Positions 19,035 to 28,192 of a DNA stretch of 64,000 bases are shown here, in pieces. The translations under genes and the position numbers were made by a program. Under the pieces are notes generated by a model. That model worked only from the letters and a program-made list of their open reading frames with translations, had not been told where the DNA came from and made no database searches. Within the stretch, counting starts at the first letter, position 1, and each line of letters opens with the position of its first letter. The stretch covers positions 5,003 to 69,002 of the forward strand of contig JAUZRU010000003.1 in the NCBI GenBank assembly GCA_030950185.1. Reading direction: 5' to 3'. The stretch is from Paracoccaceae bacterium (GTDB lineage: Bacteria; Pseudomonadota; Alphaproteobacteria; Rhodobacterales; Rhodobacteraceae).

Positions 19035-19824
19035 GGGTTTCTCGACCTGGCCGGTTTATGTGATCAACATGGCCGACAACACGGCGCGAATGGAAAAATG
19101 CCGCAATGCACTGAACGCTGCCGGCATCGATTTTGAACGGTTTGACGCGGTCAACGGCCGGGCGCTGGGCGCGGATGATGTGGCCAGGGTCTATGACGCC
19201 GGCGCCAATGCAAGCCGGTTTCGCCATCCGCTGGTGGCGGGCGAAATCGGTTGTTACCTCAGCCATGTCGAGGTCTGGCGCAAGCTGGTCCTGTCGGATG
19301 CGCCAGGGGCGGTGGTGCTTGAGGATGACTTCGAGGCCGAGGCCGATCTTCCCGTCGTGTTGCGCGCTCTGGCGCAAGATGCGCGGCGCGGCGAATGGGA
19401 CATGGTCAAGCTGTACACGCGCCGCCCCGACAAGCGGATGCTGGCGCGCCGCCCCTTGTGCGAGGGCTATGAGATTGCACACCCCTATCAGGTGCCCAAC
19501 ACCACGCTGGGCTATGTCATCACCCGCGCCTCGGCTGAACAGCTGTTGCGGCGCAGCCTGCCCTTTGCGCGCCCCATCGACGAAGATCACAAACGGTTCT
19601 GGGAACACCACCAGCGCATTCGCGTCGTGCTGCCGCCGCCCGTTCATCCCGGCGTCGAGGCCAGCCAGGGCGATACCATTGCCTCGGCACGGCGCAAGGA
19701 CGCAAGGGGCGCCCTTCCCGCCCGGCTGCGGCAGGCAATGACCAATCTGCGCTATCGGTTGAAATATCTGGCTGCACTGCACTGGCACCGCCGGGGCGGG
19801 TTGCGAAAAGGGGGCGGCGAATGA
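19027..19824 (+). CDS. Glycosyltransferase family 25 (LOS/LPS beta-1,4-galactosyltransferase-like)
   Basis: GT25 pattern VYVINMADNTARMEKCRNALNAAGIDFERFDAVNG...GEIGCYLSHVEVW...VVLEDDF. Start set at the internal ATG at 19027. Confidence 0.85.
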   Translation: MSEGFSTWPVYVINMADNTARMEKCRNALNAAGIDFERFDAVNGRALGADDVARVYDAGANASRFRHPLVAGEIGCYLSHVEVWRKLVLSDAPGAVVLEDDFEAEADLPVVLRALAQDARRGEWDMVKLYTRRPDKRMLARRPLCEGYEIAHPYQVPNTTLGYVITRASAEQLLRRSLPFARPIDEDHKRFWEHHQRIRVVLPPPVHPGVEASQGDTIASARRKDARGALPARLRQAMTNLRYRLKYLAALHWHRRGGLRKGGGE

Positions 19825-20489
19825 GCCTGCGCGAACGTCTCAGGAGATGGCGGCATGATCTTGGCGTCGATATCACCACGCCGCGCGGGCGCAGACGGGC
19901 GCAGCTGCATTTCGACTGGTTCGATCATGGCATCCTGCGCAGGTGGTGGAAGAATTTTCACAAGATCGACGAGGGCGTCTATCGTTCGAACCAGCCCTCG
20001 CCACAGCGCCTGGCCGAATTTCGCGATATGGGCATCAAGACGATCCTCAATCTGCGGGGCAGCGCGCAGCACAGCCAGTATCTGTTTGAAAGCGAGGCCT
20101 GCGCCCAGCTGGGTCTGGAGCTGATCGATTTCCGCCTCTACGCAAGGGACTTGCCCAGCAGGGAAGAGCTGTTTGATCTGTTCGACATTTTCCGCACCAT
20201 GCGACGCCCGGTCGTCATGCACTGCAAGTCGGGCGCCGACCGGACGGGCTTTGCTGCCGTTCTTTACCTTCATGTCATCAGGGGGGTTCCGCTTGAGCAG
20301 GCCATGAAGCAGCTGCATTGGCGTTATGTCCATTTCCGGCGTTCCCAAAACGGCATCCTCGACCTGTTTTTCGAGGCGTTTCACGAGGCGTCAGCCAATA
20401 GCGGCATTTCGATGGAGGGCTGGATTCGCGACGGCTATGATCGCGAAGCACTGCGCAGGCGGTTTTCGCAGCGTTATGGCCTGCGCTGA
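19821..20489 (+). CDS. Cys-X5-Arg (PTP/DSP superfamily) phosphatase
   Basis: 222 aa with the active-site loop HCKSGADRTG. An ATGA overlap couples it to the GT25 gene. Confidence 0.75.
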   Translation: MSLRERLRRWRHDLGVDITTPRGRRRAQLHFDWFDHGILRRWWKNFHKIDEGVYRSNQPSPQRLAEFRDMGIKTILNLRGSAQHSQYLFESEACAQLGLELIDFRLYARDLPSREELFDLFDIFRTMRRPVVMHCKSGADRTGFAAVLYLHVIRGVPLEQAMKQLHWRYVHFRRSQNGILDLFFEAFHEASANSGISMEGWIRDGYDREALRRRFSQRYGLR

Positions 20490-20720
20490 GCCCGAATGCC
20501 CGGGTGCCGGCCCATGTCGCGTTTTCCTGCGGTGATGCCGTTGGCGGACAAGTTTTCCGGTCACCCTGCCCGCCATCGCGATTCGCTGCCGTCATCAGGG
20601 GAAATTGGGGCAGGTTTCTCGGCGACAGCCGTTGCAAACTGTCCTTGAATATGATTGGCTTGCACCGCCGCGAGGAAGACCCGCCAACAGGGTCGCAAGG
20701 CGAACAGGGAGTGCTGGGAT

Positions 20721-21815
20721 TTGTCCACCGTGTCGAAAGAAGACGGTTTTGTCGTCTTTGATCATGTCCAGAAAAGCTATGATGGGGAAACTCTGGTCGT
20801 CAAGGATCTGAACCTCGCGATCGGAAAAGGGGAATTCCTGACCATGCTCGGCCCGTCAGGTTCGGGCAAGACGACCTGCCTGATGATGCTGGCCGGGTTT
20901 GAAACCGCAACCCATGGTGACATCCTGCTGGGTGGCAAGCCGATCAACAATATTCCACCCCACAAGCGCGGCATCGGCATGGTGTTCCAGAACTACGCGC
21001 TGTTTCCGCACATGACGGTCGGCGAAAACCTGTCTTTCCCGCTGGAAGTGCGCAAGATGGGCAAGGCCGAGCGCGAAGAAAAGGTGCGCAACGCGCTGGA
21101 CATGGTGCAGATGGGCGATTTCATCAACCGTCGCCCGGCCCAGCTTTCGGGCGGGCAGCAACAGCGGATCGCCCTTGCCCGCAGCCTGGTGTTCGAACCC
21201 GATCTTGTGCTGATGGACGAACCCCTTGGCGCGCTCGACAAGCAGCTGCGCGAGCATATGCAATATGAAATCAAGCATCTTCACGATCGCCTTGGTGTGA
21301 CCGTCGTCTATGTGACGCATGACCAGTCCGAGGCATTGACCATGTCCGACCGGGTTGCGGTCTTTGATGACGGGGTGATTCAGCAGCTGGCAACCCCCGA
21401 TGATCTGTATGAACGCCCCGAAAACGCCTTCGTTGCCCAGTTCATCGGTGAAAACAACCGGCTGGTCGGGGTGGTCAGGGATATTTCCGGCGATGTTGCC
21501 ACTGTCGAGGTCGATGGCGGCGGTGTCGTGACTGCCAAGGCCGTTAATTGCGGTGATGTGGGCGGTCGAACAACACTTTCCATCCGCCCCGAGCGGGTGA
21601 AGGTCGGGGCGGATGACGGCCCGAACAGAACCGATGCCGAAGTGCTGGAGCTGATCTATCTTGGTGATCACATCCGCTGCCGCATGCGCGTTCTGGGAAA
21701 TGACGAATTCATCGTCAAGATCCCCAATGCCGCCGACAACAAGCGGCTGGTCGTTGGCGAGAAGACCACAGTCGGATGGGAAACCGAAGACTGTCGGGCG
21801 CTGGACGCGTCCTGA
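20721..21815 (+). CDS. ABC transporter ATP-binding protein (PotA-like, C-terminal TOBE-type domain)
   Basis: Walker A GPSGSGKTT, signature LSGGQQQRIALAR, Walker B LVLMDEPL. TTG start at 20721, 9 nt after GGGAG (a GTG at 20730 is possible). The ORF-track start at 20655 is unsupported. Confidence 0.92.
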   Translation: MSTVSKEDGFVVFDHVQKSYDGETLVVKDLNLAIGKGEFLTMLGPSGSGKTTCLMMLAGFETATHGDILLGGKPINNIPPHKRGIGMVFQNYALFPHMTVGENLSFPLEVRKMGKAEREEKVRNALDMVQMGDFINRRPAQLSGGQQQRIALARSLVFEPDLVLMDEPLGALDKQLREHMQYEIKHLHDRLGVTVVYVTHDQSEALTMSDRVAVFDDGVIQQLATPDDLYERPENAFVAQFIGENNRLVGVVRDISGDVATVEVDGGGVVTAKAVNCGDVGGRTTLSIRPERVKVGADDGPNRTDAEVLELIYLGDHIRCRMRVLGNDEFIVKIPNAADNKRLVVGEKTTVGWETEDCRALDAS

Positions 21816-21896
21816 TAGCGAATAACCTGGCGGCTTGACCCGGTGCCGGCCAGGACGGGGAGAATAACGGGTGAAACTGACAAGGAGAGAAAAAAC

Positions 21897-22982
21897 ATGA
21901 TGATCAAGAAACTGATTGCCGGCGTTGCGGTATCGGCCCTTCTGGCCGGCGCTGCCACGGCTGGCACGATCACGGTCGTGTCCTGGGGGGGTGCATACAC
22001 CAAGTCCCAGGTCGAGGCCTATCACAAGCCCTGGATGGCCAAGACCGGAAACAAGATCATTTCCGAAGACTATAACGGCGGCCTGTCCGAGGTGAAATCG
22101 CAGGTCGAGGCCGGCAATGTCACCTGGGATCTTGTCGATGTCGAAATGTCCGACGCCGTGCGCGGCTGTGACGAGGGCTTGCTGGAGCCGATCGACCCGG
22201 CCATTCTGCCGCCGGCCCCCGATGGCACCCCGGCGACCGAGGATTTCATTCCCGGCGCGATCACCGATTGCGGCGTGGCCAATATCGTCTGGTCGACGAT
22301 CTATGCCTATGACACCACCAAGTTCAAGGGCGACAACGCGCCCAGGACGATTGCCGATTTCTTTGACATCAAGAAATTCCCCGGCAAACGTGGCATGCGC
22401 AAGACCCCCAAGGCCAACCTGGAAATGGCGCTGGCTGCCGATGGCGTTCCTTCCGACCAGATCTACAAGGTTCTTGGCACACCCGAGGGCGTAGATCGTG
22501 CCTTTGCCAAGCTTGACCAGATCAAGAATGATGTTGTCTGGTGGGAAGCCGGCGCTCAGCCGCCGCAGCTGCTTGCGGATGGCGAAGTCGCCATGACCAC
22601 CGCCTATAACGGCCGTATCTTCAACGCGGTTGCAGCCGAAAAGAAACCCTTCAAGATCATCTGGGATGCACAGATCTTCGACTTTGATGTCTGGGTGATC
22701 CCGAAAGGTGCGCCCCACAAGGATCTGGCGATGGACTTCCTGGCGTTTTCGACCGCGACCCAGCAGCTGGCCAATCAGGCAAGCTGGATCTCTTACGGTC
22801 CGGCCCGGAAATCGGCCAACAAGCTGATCGGCACCTATCATTCCGATCCTTCGATCGACATGAAGGCGCAGATGCCGACCGCGCCTGACAACTTCAAGAC
22901 CGCGATCCAGAACGACTTCGAGTTCTGGGCCGACCATCAGGACGAGTTGAACGACCGTTTCAACGCCTGGCTGGCCAAGTAA
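21897..22982 (+). CDS. ABC transporter periplasmic substrate-binding protein (PotD/PotF-like, substrate unknown)
   Basis: Signal peptide MMIKKLIAGVAVSALLAGAATA followed by an SBP-family sequence. AAGGAGAG RBS upstream of the ATG at 21897. Confidence 0.85.
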   Translation: MMIKKLIAGVAVSALLAGAATAGTITVVSWGGAYTKSQVEAYHKPWMAKTGNKIISEDYNGGLSEVKSQVEAGNVTWDLVDVEMSDAVRGCDEGLLEPIDPAILPPAPDGTPATEDFIPGAITDCGVANIVWSTIYAYDTTKFKGDNAPRTIADFFDIKKFPGKRGMRKTPKANLEMALAADGVPSDQIYKVLGTPEGVDRAFAKLDQIKNDVVWWEAGAQPPQLLADGEVAMTTAYNGRIFNAVAAEKKPFKIIWDAQIFDFDVWVIPKGAPHKDLAMDFLAFSTATQQLANQASWISYGPARKSANKLIGTYHSDPSIDMKAQMPTAPDNFKTAIQNDFEFWADHQDELNDRFNAWLAK

Positions 22983-23000
22983 GCGTACGACATGACATGC

Positions 23001-23027
23001 AGGGGGGCGCGGGATTTGCGCCCCTCT
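23001..23027 (+). terminator. Intercistronic GC hairpin after the SBP gene (attenuator/mRNA stabiliser candidate)
   Basis: AGGGGGGCGC-gggattt-GCGCCCCTCT gives a 10-bp stem including one G-U pair. There is no U-tract, so it is probably not a full terminator. Confidence 0.35.
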
Positions 23028-23056
23028 GATCAGGGATTTCCTGGATAGGGGCAGAC

Positions 23057-24307
23057 ATGAGCGACGCTACAGGACCGATCGTAACAGCCGATGGCGTGCC
23101 TCTGAAACGCAAGCTGGCACAGGCGATGTTCCGAAGCCGCGCGCGTGCCTTCGGCCTTGCATTGCCGCTGCTGGCTTTCATCATCGTTGCCTTCATCATT
23201 CCCATCGTGACGCTGCTCTATCGCGGCGTCCACGATCCGCGATTCGCCGAAATCATGCCGCGCACTACCGCCGTGATGCAGAACTGGGAACCAACATCGC
23301 CGGTGACCGAAGAGATGGCTGCCGCGCTTGTTGCCGACATGGTGGTCGCCCGCAAGAACCGCACCATCGGACAGGTTGCAACCCGTGTGAACCGTGAATT
23401 GCCGGGCACGCGCTCGTTGTTCACATCGACCGCGCGCAAGGCCAAGAAGATGAAGCCGCCCTATCTTGAGGCGCTGATCAAGAAAGACCGGAAATGGGGT
23501 GACAACGCCACCTGGCAGGCGATCAAGATTACCGCCAAGACCTATACGCCCGCCTATCTGTTGCAGGCGGTTGACCTGAAATACAACGCCGATGGCAGCA
23601 TCACGCGCCAGCCCGAGCGTTTTCGCATCTACATGAAGCTGCTGGTCCGCACGATGCGCATTTCACTGATCGTGACGCTGGCGACGCTGGTGCTGGGCTA
23701 TCCGGTGGCCTATCTGCTGTCGACACTGCCGGTGCGCTCGTCGAACATGCTGCTCATCCTCGTGCTGCTGCCCTTCTGGACGTCGCTGCTGGTGCGCACC
23801 ACCTCGTGGATCGCGATATTGCAAAGCGAGGGCGTGTTGAACAACCTGTTCGTGCTGTTCGGTATCACCACCGATCAACAGCGATTTTCAATGATCTACA
23901 ACGAAACGGGCGTGCTGATTGCCATGACGCATATCCTGCTGCCCTTCATGATATTGCCGCTCTATTCGGTGATGAAGACGATCCCGCCATCCTATGTGCG
24001 GGCCGCCAAATCCATGGGCGCACGCCCGGCAACCGCCTTCTGGCGCGTCTATTTCCCGCAATCCGTTCCCGGTATCGGGGCGGGGGCGTTGCTCGTGTTC
24101 ATTCTGGCGATCGGCTATTACATCACGCCCGCCCTTGTCGGGGGCGAGGATGGGCAGATGATCTCGAACATGATCGATTTCCACATGCGCAAGAGCCTCA
24201 ACTGGAACCTCGCCGCCGCGCTTGGCGCGGTGCTGCTGGTGGTCGTTCTGTTCTTCTTCTGGCTGTATGACCGGCTGGTGGGTATCGACAACATGAAACT
24301 GGGATGA
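23057..24307 (+). CDS. ABC transporter permease (PotB-like) with a long periplasmic insertion after TM1
   Basis: 416 aa. The C-terminal ~270 aa is a typical binding-protein-dependent permease core (EAA-type loop region AKSMGARPATAFWRVYFP). Confidence 0.85.
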   Translation: MSDATGPIVTADGVPLKRKLAQAMFRSRARAFGLALPLLAFIIVAFIIPIVTLLYRGVHDPRFAEIMPRTTAVMQNWEPTSPVTEEMAAALVADMVVARKNRTIGQVATRVNRELPGTRSLFTSTARKAKKMKPPYLEALIKKDRKWGDNATWQAIKITAKTYTPAYLLQAVDLKYNADGSITRQPERFRIYMKLLVRTMRISLIVTLATLVLGYPVAYLLSTLPVRSSNMLLILVLLPFWTSLLVRTTSWIAILQSEGVLNNLFVLFGITTDQQRFSMIYNETGVLIAMTHILLPFMILPLYSVMKTIPPSYVRAAKSMGARPATAFWRVYFPQSVPGIGAGALLVFILAIGYYITPALVGGEDGQMISNMIDFHMRKSLNWNLAAALGAVLLVVVLFFFWLYDRLVGIDNMKLG

Positions 24308-25566
24308 CCGCCGTGACCGAAAAGAAAAGCTATAGATACATCCCGCCGCGCCCGCCATTGTGGCTGCCGGTATCGATCCCCGCCTTTCTGGGGGCGGTAA
24401 TCGGGCTGATGACCGCCGAGGGCAACAAGGCACTGTTTCTGCCTTATCTGCTGATCGGTGCACTGGTTTTCGGGCTGGCCGCTGCCGCATCGGCGCTGTT
24501 TCTTGAACGTCAGCGCAGATGGTCGGGATGGATCGTTGGCATGGCGTTTTTCCTGCTGGGCTGGCTGTGGGTCGGTTTTGCCTATGGGCTGGTGCTGGGC
24601 ATCGTGGGCTATGTCATCGGGCGGATGGCGATCTGGATCGCAACAGGCGACTACCGGTTGAACCTTCCCCCTTATGCCACTTGGGGCGAGGTCGCGTGGT
24701 TTTACGGCTTTCGGGTGATTTGCGGCCTGATCTTCCTGTTCCTGATCATGCCGATCATCATCATCATCCCATTGTCATTCAATGCGACCCCCTATTTCAG
24801 CTTTACCCCCGAGATGGTGTCGCTTGACCCGGCAGGGTATTCCCTGCGCTGGTACTGGGATATCCTGCAAAACGGCATGGCCGACCCTGATTCGACCGGC
24901 TGGGCCTTTTTCAAGGACATGTGGGAAAATGCCCAATGGATTCGTGCGATCAAGAACTCGTTCTGGATCGGCACCTGGGCGACATTGCTGGCTACCGCAT
25001 TGGGCACGCTGGCGGCGATCGGGCTTTCCCGGGACGAGATGCCCTGGCGGCGTTCGATCACGGCACTGCTGATTTCCCCGATGATCGTGCCACTGGTGAT
25101 TACCGCGTCGGGGCTGTTTTTCTTTTTCTCGGATATCGGGCTGGCGAAAACCTATCCTGGCATCATTCTGGCACATGCGGTTCTGGGCACGCCTTTTGTG
25201 ATCATCACGGTCACGGCTACGCTGGTTGGGTTCGACCAAAGTCTGACCCGCGCTGCGGCCAATATGGGCGCGGGGCCGGTCACGACCTTTTTCAAGGTGC
25301 AGATGCCGCTGATCCTGCCCGGCGTGATTTCGGGCGCGCTGTTTGCCTTCATCACCTCGTTTGACGAGGTGGTTGTCGTGCTGCAACTGGCCGATGTCAG
25401 GCAGCGCACGATCCCGCGGCAGATGTTCAGCGGTATTCGAGAACAGATCAGCCCGACCATTCTGGCCGTGGCCACGATCCTGGTGATCATCTCGATCGGG
25501 TTGCTGACAATGGTGGAACTGCTGCGGCGCCGTTCCGAAAGGTTGCGCGGGTTGAGCCCGGGGTGA
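24304..25566 (+). CDS. ABC transporter permease (PotC-like) with ~150-aa N-terminal multi-TM extension
   Basis: 420 aa. ATGA overlap with the preceding permease. The C-terminal core contains AAANMGAGPVTTFFKVQMP (EAA loop). Confidence 0.85.
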   Translation: MTAVTEKKSYRYIPPRPPLWLPVSIPAFLGAVIGLMTAEGNKALFLPYLLIGALVFGLAAAASALFLERQRRWSGWIVGMAFFLLGWLWVGFAYGLVLGIVGYVIGRMAIWIATGDYRLNLPPYATWGEVAWFYGFRVICGLIFLFLIMPIIIIIPLSFNATPYFSFTPEMVSLDPAGYSLRWYWDILQNGMADPDSTGWAFFKDMWENAQWIRAIKNSFWIGTWATLLATALGTLAAIGLSRDEMPWRRSITALLISPMIVPLVITASGLFFFFSDIGLAKTYPGIILAHAVLGTPFVIITVTATLVGFDQSLTRAAANMGAGPVTTFFKVQMPLILPGVISGALFAFITSFDEVVVVLQLADVRQRTIPRQMFSGIREQISPTILAVATILVIISIGLLTMVELLRRRSERLRGLSPG

Positions 25567-25584
25567 TCTGCGCCTGCGGCGCGT

Positions 25585-25605
25585 GAGTATTTGCGCAAAG
25601 AAGAA
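25585..25605 (-). repeat. Dispersed 21-bp intergenic repeat, copy 3 (reverse orientation: GAGTATTTGCGCAAAGAAGAA)
   Basis: Lies 18 nt after the permease stop. Hairpin GCGCC-tgc-GGCGC at 25570-25582 adjoins it. The core TTTGCGCAAA is a perfect palindrome. Confidence 0.85.
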
Positions 25606-25617
25606 GCGGGAGGGCGC

Positions 25618-26553
25618 TCAGGCCCCCAATACCGTCAGCCAGAATGTGACCGACAGGATCGAGGCCGCCGTGCCCGCCAGAACTGCCGTCGCCGCCACCC
25701 GGCGGGCGCGTCCATACATGTTGGCGAATATGTATGCGTTGACGCCCGGCGCCATGGCAGCGGTCAGGGTGGCGCTGCGGATCATCCCTTCGGGCAGATC
25801 GAACACCCTTGAGGACAGCGTGTAGGCGATCAGCGGGTGCAGCATCAGCGAGATCGAGATGACCCAGGCCACCTCGCGCCAGTCGCCCTCGGGGCGATAG
25901 CGATAAAGGATGCCGCCCAGGGCAAACAGGGCGGTGGGCAGGGCGGCACGGATCACCAGGTCGAAGGCATGGGTCAGGGGCGAGGGCAGGGGAAGGCCCG
26001 TCAGGTTGACGACAAAACCCGCGATAATCGCCAGAACCAGCGGGTTCGACAGGATGGATCTGACAACCCCGAGCAGAGATACGCCCAGCCCGTGGCCGCG
26101 GTTGCGGACGGCCTCCATCGTCGTGATTCCCAGCACATAGCAGAATGGCGCATGGATCGAGACGATGGCATAGTTGGGAGCCAGCGCACCGGGGCCGAAG
26201 GCGCGCTCGGTGATCGGCAGGCCCAGCAGCACGGTATTGGCAAAAAGCGCCGCAAAGCCGATGGCGACGCTGTCTTGCCAGTCGCGCCCGAACAGGAAAC
26301 GCGCCCCCAGCATCCCCGCCAGAAAGCCGGCCAGCGAGCCCGTATAATACGACGCCAGCAGACGCGGGTCATAGCCCTGGCCGAGGTCAAGCGTCGAGAT
26401 CGCCCGAAACAGCAGCAGCGGGATCGCAAAGTTTTGCGAGAACCGCATGAGCGTGTCGATGGCGTCATCGGAAAACCAGTTTCGCCAGCGCGCGGCCCAG
26501 CCGAACGAGATCACCAGAAAGACCGGCAGGGTGATTTCCAGCAGCGCGCCCAC
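25618..26553 (-). CDS. AEC (auxin efflux carrier) family transporter
   Basis: 311 aa with ~10 TM segments. N-terminus MGALLEITLPVFLVISFGW is typical of the AEC/membrane transport protein family. Confidence 0.85.
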   Translation of the reverse strand: MGALLEITLPVFLVISFGWAARWRNWFSDDAIDTLMRFSQNFAIPLLLFRAISTLDLGQGYDPRLLASYYTGSLAGFLAGMLGARFLFGRDWQDSVAIGFAALFANTVLLGLPITERAFGPGALAPNYAIVSIHAPFCYVLGITTMEAVRNRGHGLGVSLLGVVRSILSNPLVLAIIAGFVVNLTGLPLPSPLTHAFDLVIRAALPTALFALGGILYRYRPEGDWREVAWVISISLMLHPLIAYTLSSRVFDLPEGMIRSATLTAAMAPGVNAYIFANMYGRARRVAATAVLAGTAASILSVTFWLTVLGA

Positions 26554-26557
26554 GCGG

Positions 26558-27370
26558 TCAGGCGTCCAGCTCGATCACCATGCCGTCATGGGCGGGGGTG
26601 ACGTTTTCGGGGGTCTCATCGCACAGGGTTCGATAGTCGAGGTCGAAATGCATGTTGGTCAGGATGCCGCGTTTGGGGGCTGCGCGCGCGATCCAGTCGA
26701 GGCTTTGTTCCAGATGCGAATGCGTCGGATGCGGCTTGCGACGCAGCGCGTCCAGCACCCAGATATCAAGCCCTTGCACGGCCTGCCATGCGGCGTCATT
26801 CATCTCGGCAACATCAGGCAGATAGGCCAGCCCGCCCATGCGAAATCCCAGCGCGTCGATGCTGCCATGGCCGACGGTAAAGGGGGTCAGGGTCAGCGTG
26901 CCGCCCGCGCCGTCCACCTGTACGGGGCCGTTGATGCCGTGCAGGTCGAGGATCGGGCGATAGGGGCTGCCCTCGGGTTGGACAAAGGCATAGCCAAAGC
27001 GGCTGATCAGCGCCTCTTGCGTGGGGCCGTCGGCCCAGACGGGCAGGCGGCGCCCGATGTTGAAGACGATCATGCGCAGATCGTCCAGCCCGTGCACATG
27101 GTCGGCATGCTGGTGGGTATAGACCACGGCGTCGAGCTCGCCCACGCCGGCATCGAGCAGCTGCTGGCGCATGTCGGGCGAGGTATCGATCAGCACCCGC
27201 GTCGTGCCTGCATCCGTGACGCGCTCGACCAGCATGGAACAGCGGCGGCGGCGGTTGCGGGGCTCGTTCGGGTCGCAGGCGCCCCAGTTGCCGCCGGGCC
27301 GGTCGGCCAGCCGGGGCACCCCCCCGGAGGAACCGCAGCCCAGTATGGTAAAGCGCAGGCGCGCCATCAT
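26558..27370 (-). CDS. MBL-fold metallo-hydrolase (PhnP-like)
   Basis: Reads FTILGCGSSGGVPR and has the HxHxDH motif (THQHADHVHG). ATGA overlap with the TatD-family gene upstream. Confidence 0.8.
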   Translation of the reverse strand: MMARLRFTILGCGSSGGVPRLADRPGGNWGACDPNEPRNRRRRCSMLVERVTDAGTTRVLIDTSPDMRQQLLDAGVGELDAVVYTHQHADHVHGLDDLRMIVFNIGRRLPVWADGPTQEALISRFGYAFVQPEGSPYRPILDLHGINGPVQVDGAGGTLTLTPFTVGHGSIDALGFRMGGLAYLPDVAEMNDAAWQAVQGLDIWVLDALRRKPHPTHSHLEQSLDWIARAAPKRGILTNMHFDLDYRTLCDETPENVTPAHDGMVIELDA

Positions 27371-28167
27371 GCGGCCCCATCCGTTGCCTTTGTGAACAGG
27401 CGGTCGAAATTCGCACAGGTCTGGCGCGCGAAATCGGCGTAGTCCATGCCGAACAGATCGGCGCCCACGCGGGCGGTCAGTGCAGTGTAGGCAGGTTCGT
27501 TGCGCTTGCCGCGATGGGGGGGCGGCGCCAGATAGGGGGCGTCGGTTTCGGTCAGGATCCGGTCAACCGGGGCGGCGGCAAAGATGTCGCGCACGGCCTG
27601 GGATTTGGGGAAGGTGGCGATCCCCGACATCGACAGGTAAAAGCCCAGCCCCAGCGCGGTTTCGGCCAGTGCAGGGCCGGATGAAAAACAGTGCATGACG
27701 CAGGAAAAGGCGCCTGCCGCATGTTCGCGCGTCAGGATCTCGGCCATGTCGTCATCGGCATCGCGCGAATGGATGATCAGAGGCAGGCCGCTTTGGCGCG
27801 CGGCCTCGATATGGATCAACAGGCTGTCGATCTGTTGTGCCCTGCTTTCCACGGTATAGTGGTAATCCAGCCCGGTTTCGCCGATGCCCACCATTTTCGG
27901 GTGTTCGGCAAGCGCCAGAAGGGCCTCGACCGTGGCCATTTCGCACTCGGCCACATTCATCGGGTGGTTGGCAGCGGCCCAGAATACGCCGTCGAATCGC
28001 TCGGCAATGGCGCGCACGGGGGCGACGTTCGACAGGCGGGTCGCGATCGTCACCATGCGCCTCACGCCATTGGCCCGCGCATTGTCAATCACCTGGTCGA
28101 GGTCGTCGTTGAAATCGGGAAAATCCAGATGGCAATGGCTGTCAACGATCTGTGGAATGTCGTTCAT
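27367..28167 (-). CDS. TatD family metal-dependent hydrolase
   Basis: 266 aa. Has the VDSHCHLDF motif and conserved His/Asp positions (IGETGLDYHY, HSRDA). Confidence 0.9.
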   Translation of the reverse strand: MNDIPQIVDSHCHLDFPDFNDDLDQVIDNARANGVRRMVTIATRLSNVAPVRAIAERFDGVFWAAANHPMNVAECEMATVEALLALAEHPKMVGIGETGLDYHYTVESRAQQIDSLLIHIEAARQSGLPLIIHSRDADDDMAEILTREHAAGAFSCVMHCFSSGPALAETALGLGFYLSMSGIATFPKSQAVRDIFAAAPVDRILTETDAPYLAPPPHRGKRNEPAYTALTARVGADLFGMDYADFARQTCANFDRLFTKATDGAA

Positions 28168-28192
28168 CTGCGGGGCTTTCCGGCTTGGGGCG

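Noticed and set aside
20490-20720. 230-nt untranslated region upstream of the ABC importer, considered as a riboswitch or promoter (TTGCAA...TATGAT)
   Set aside because: The hexamer spacing is only 12 nt, and I recognise no riboswitch core. It is left unannotated. An Rfam scan would settle the question.
20856-22937. 693-aa ORF antisense to the ABC ATPase and SBP genes
   Set aside because: Same GC-rich antisense artefact. It spans two well-supported sense genes and their spacer.
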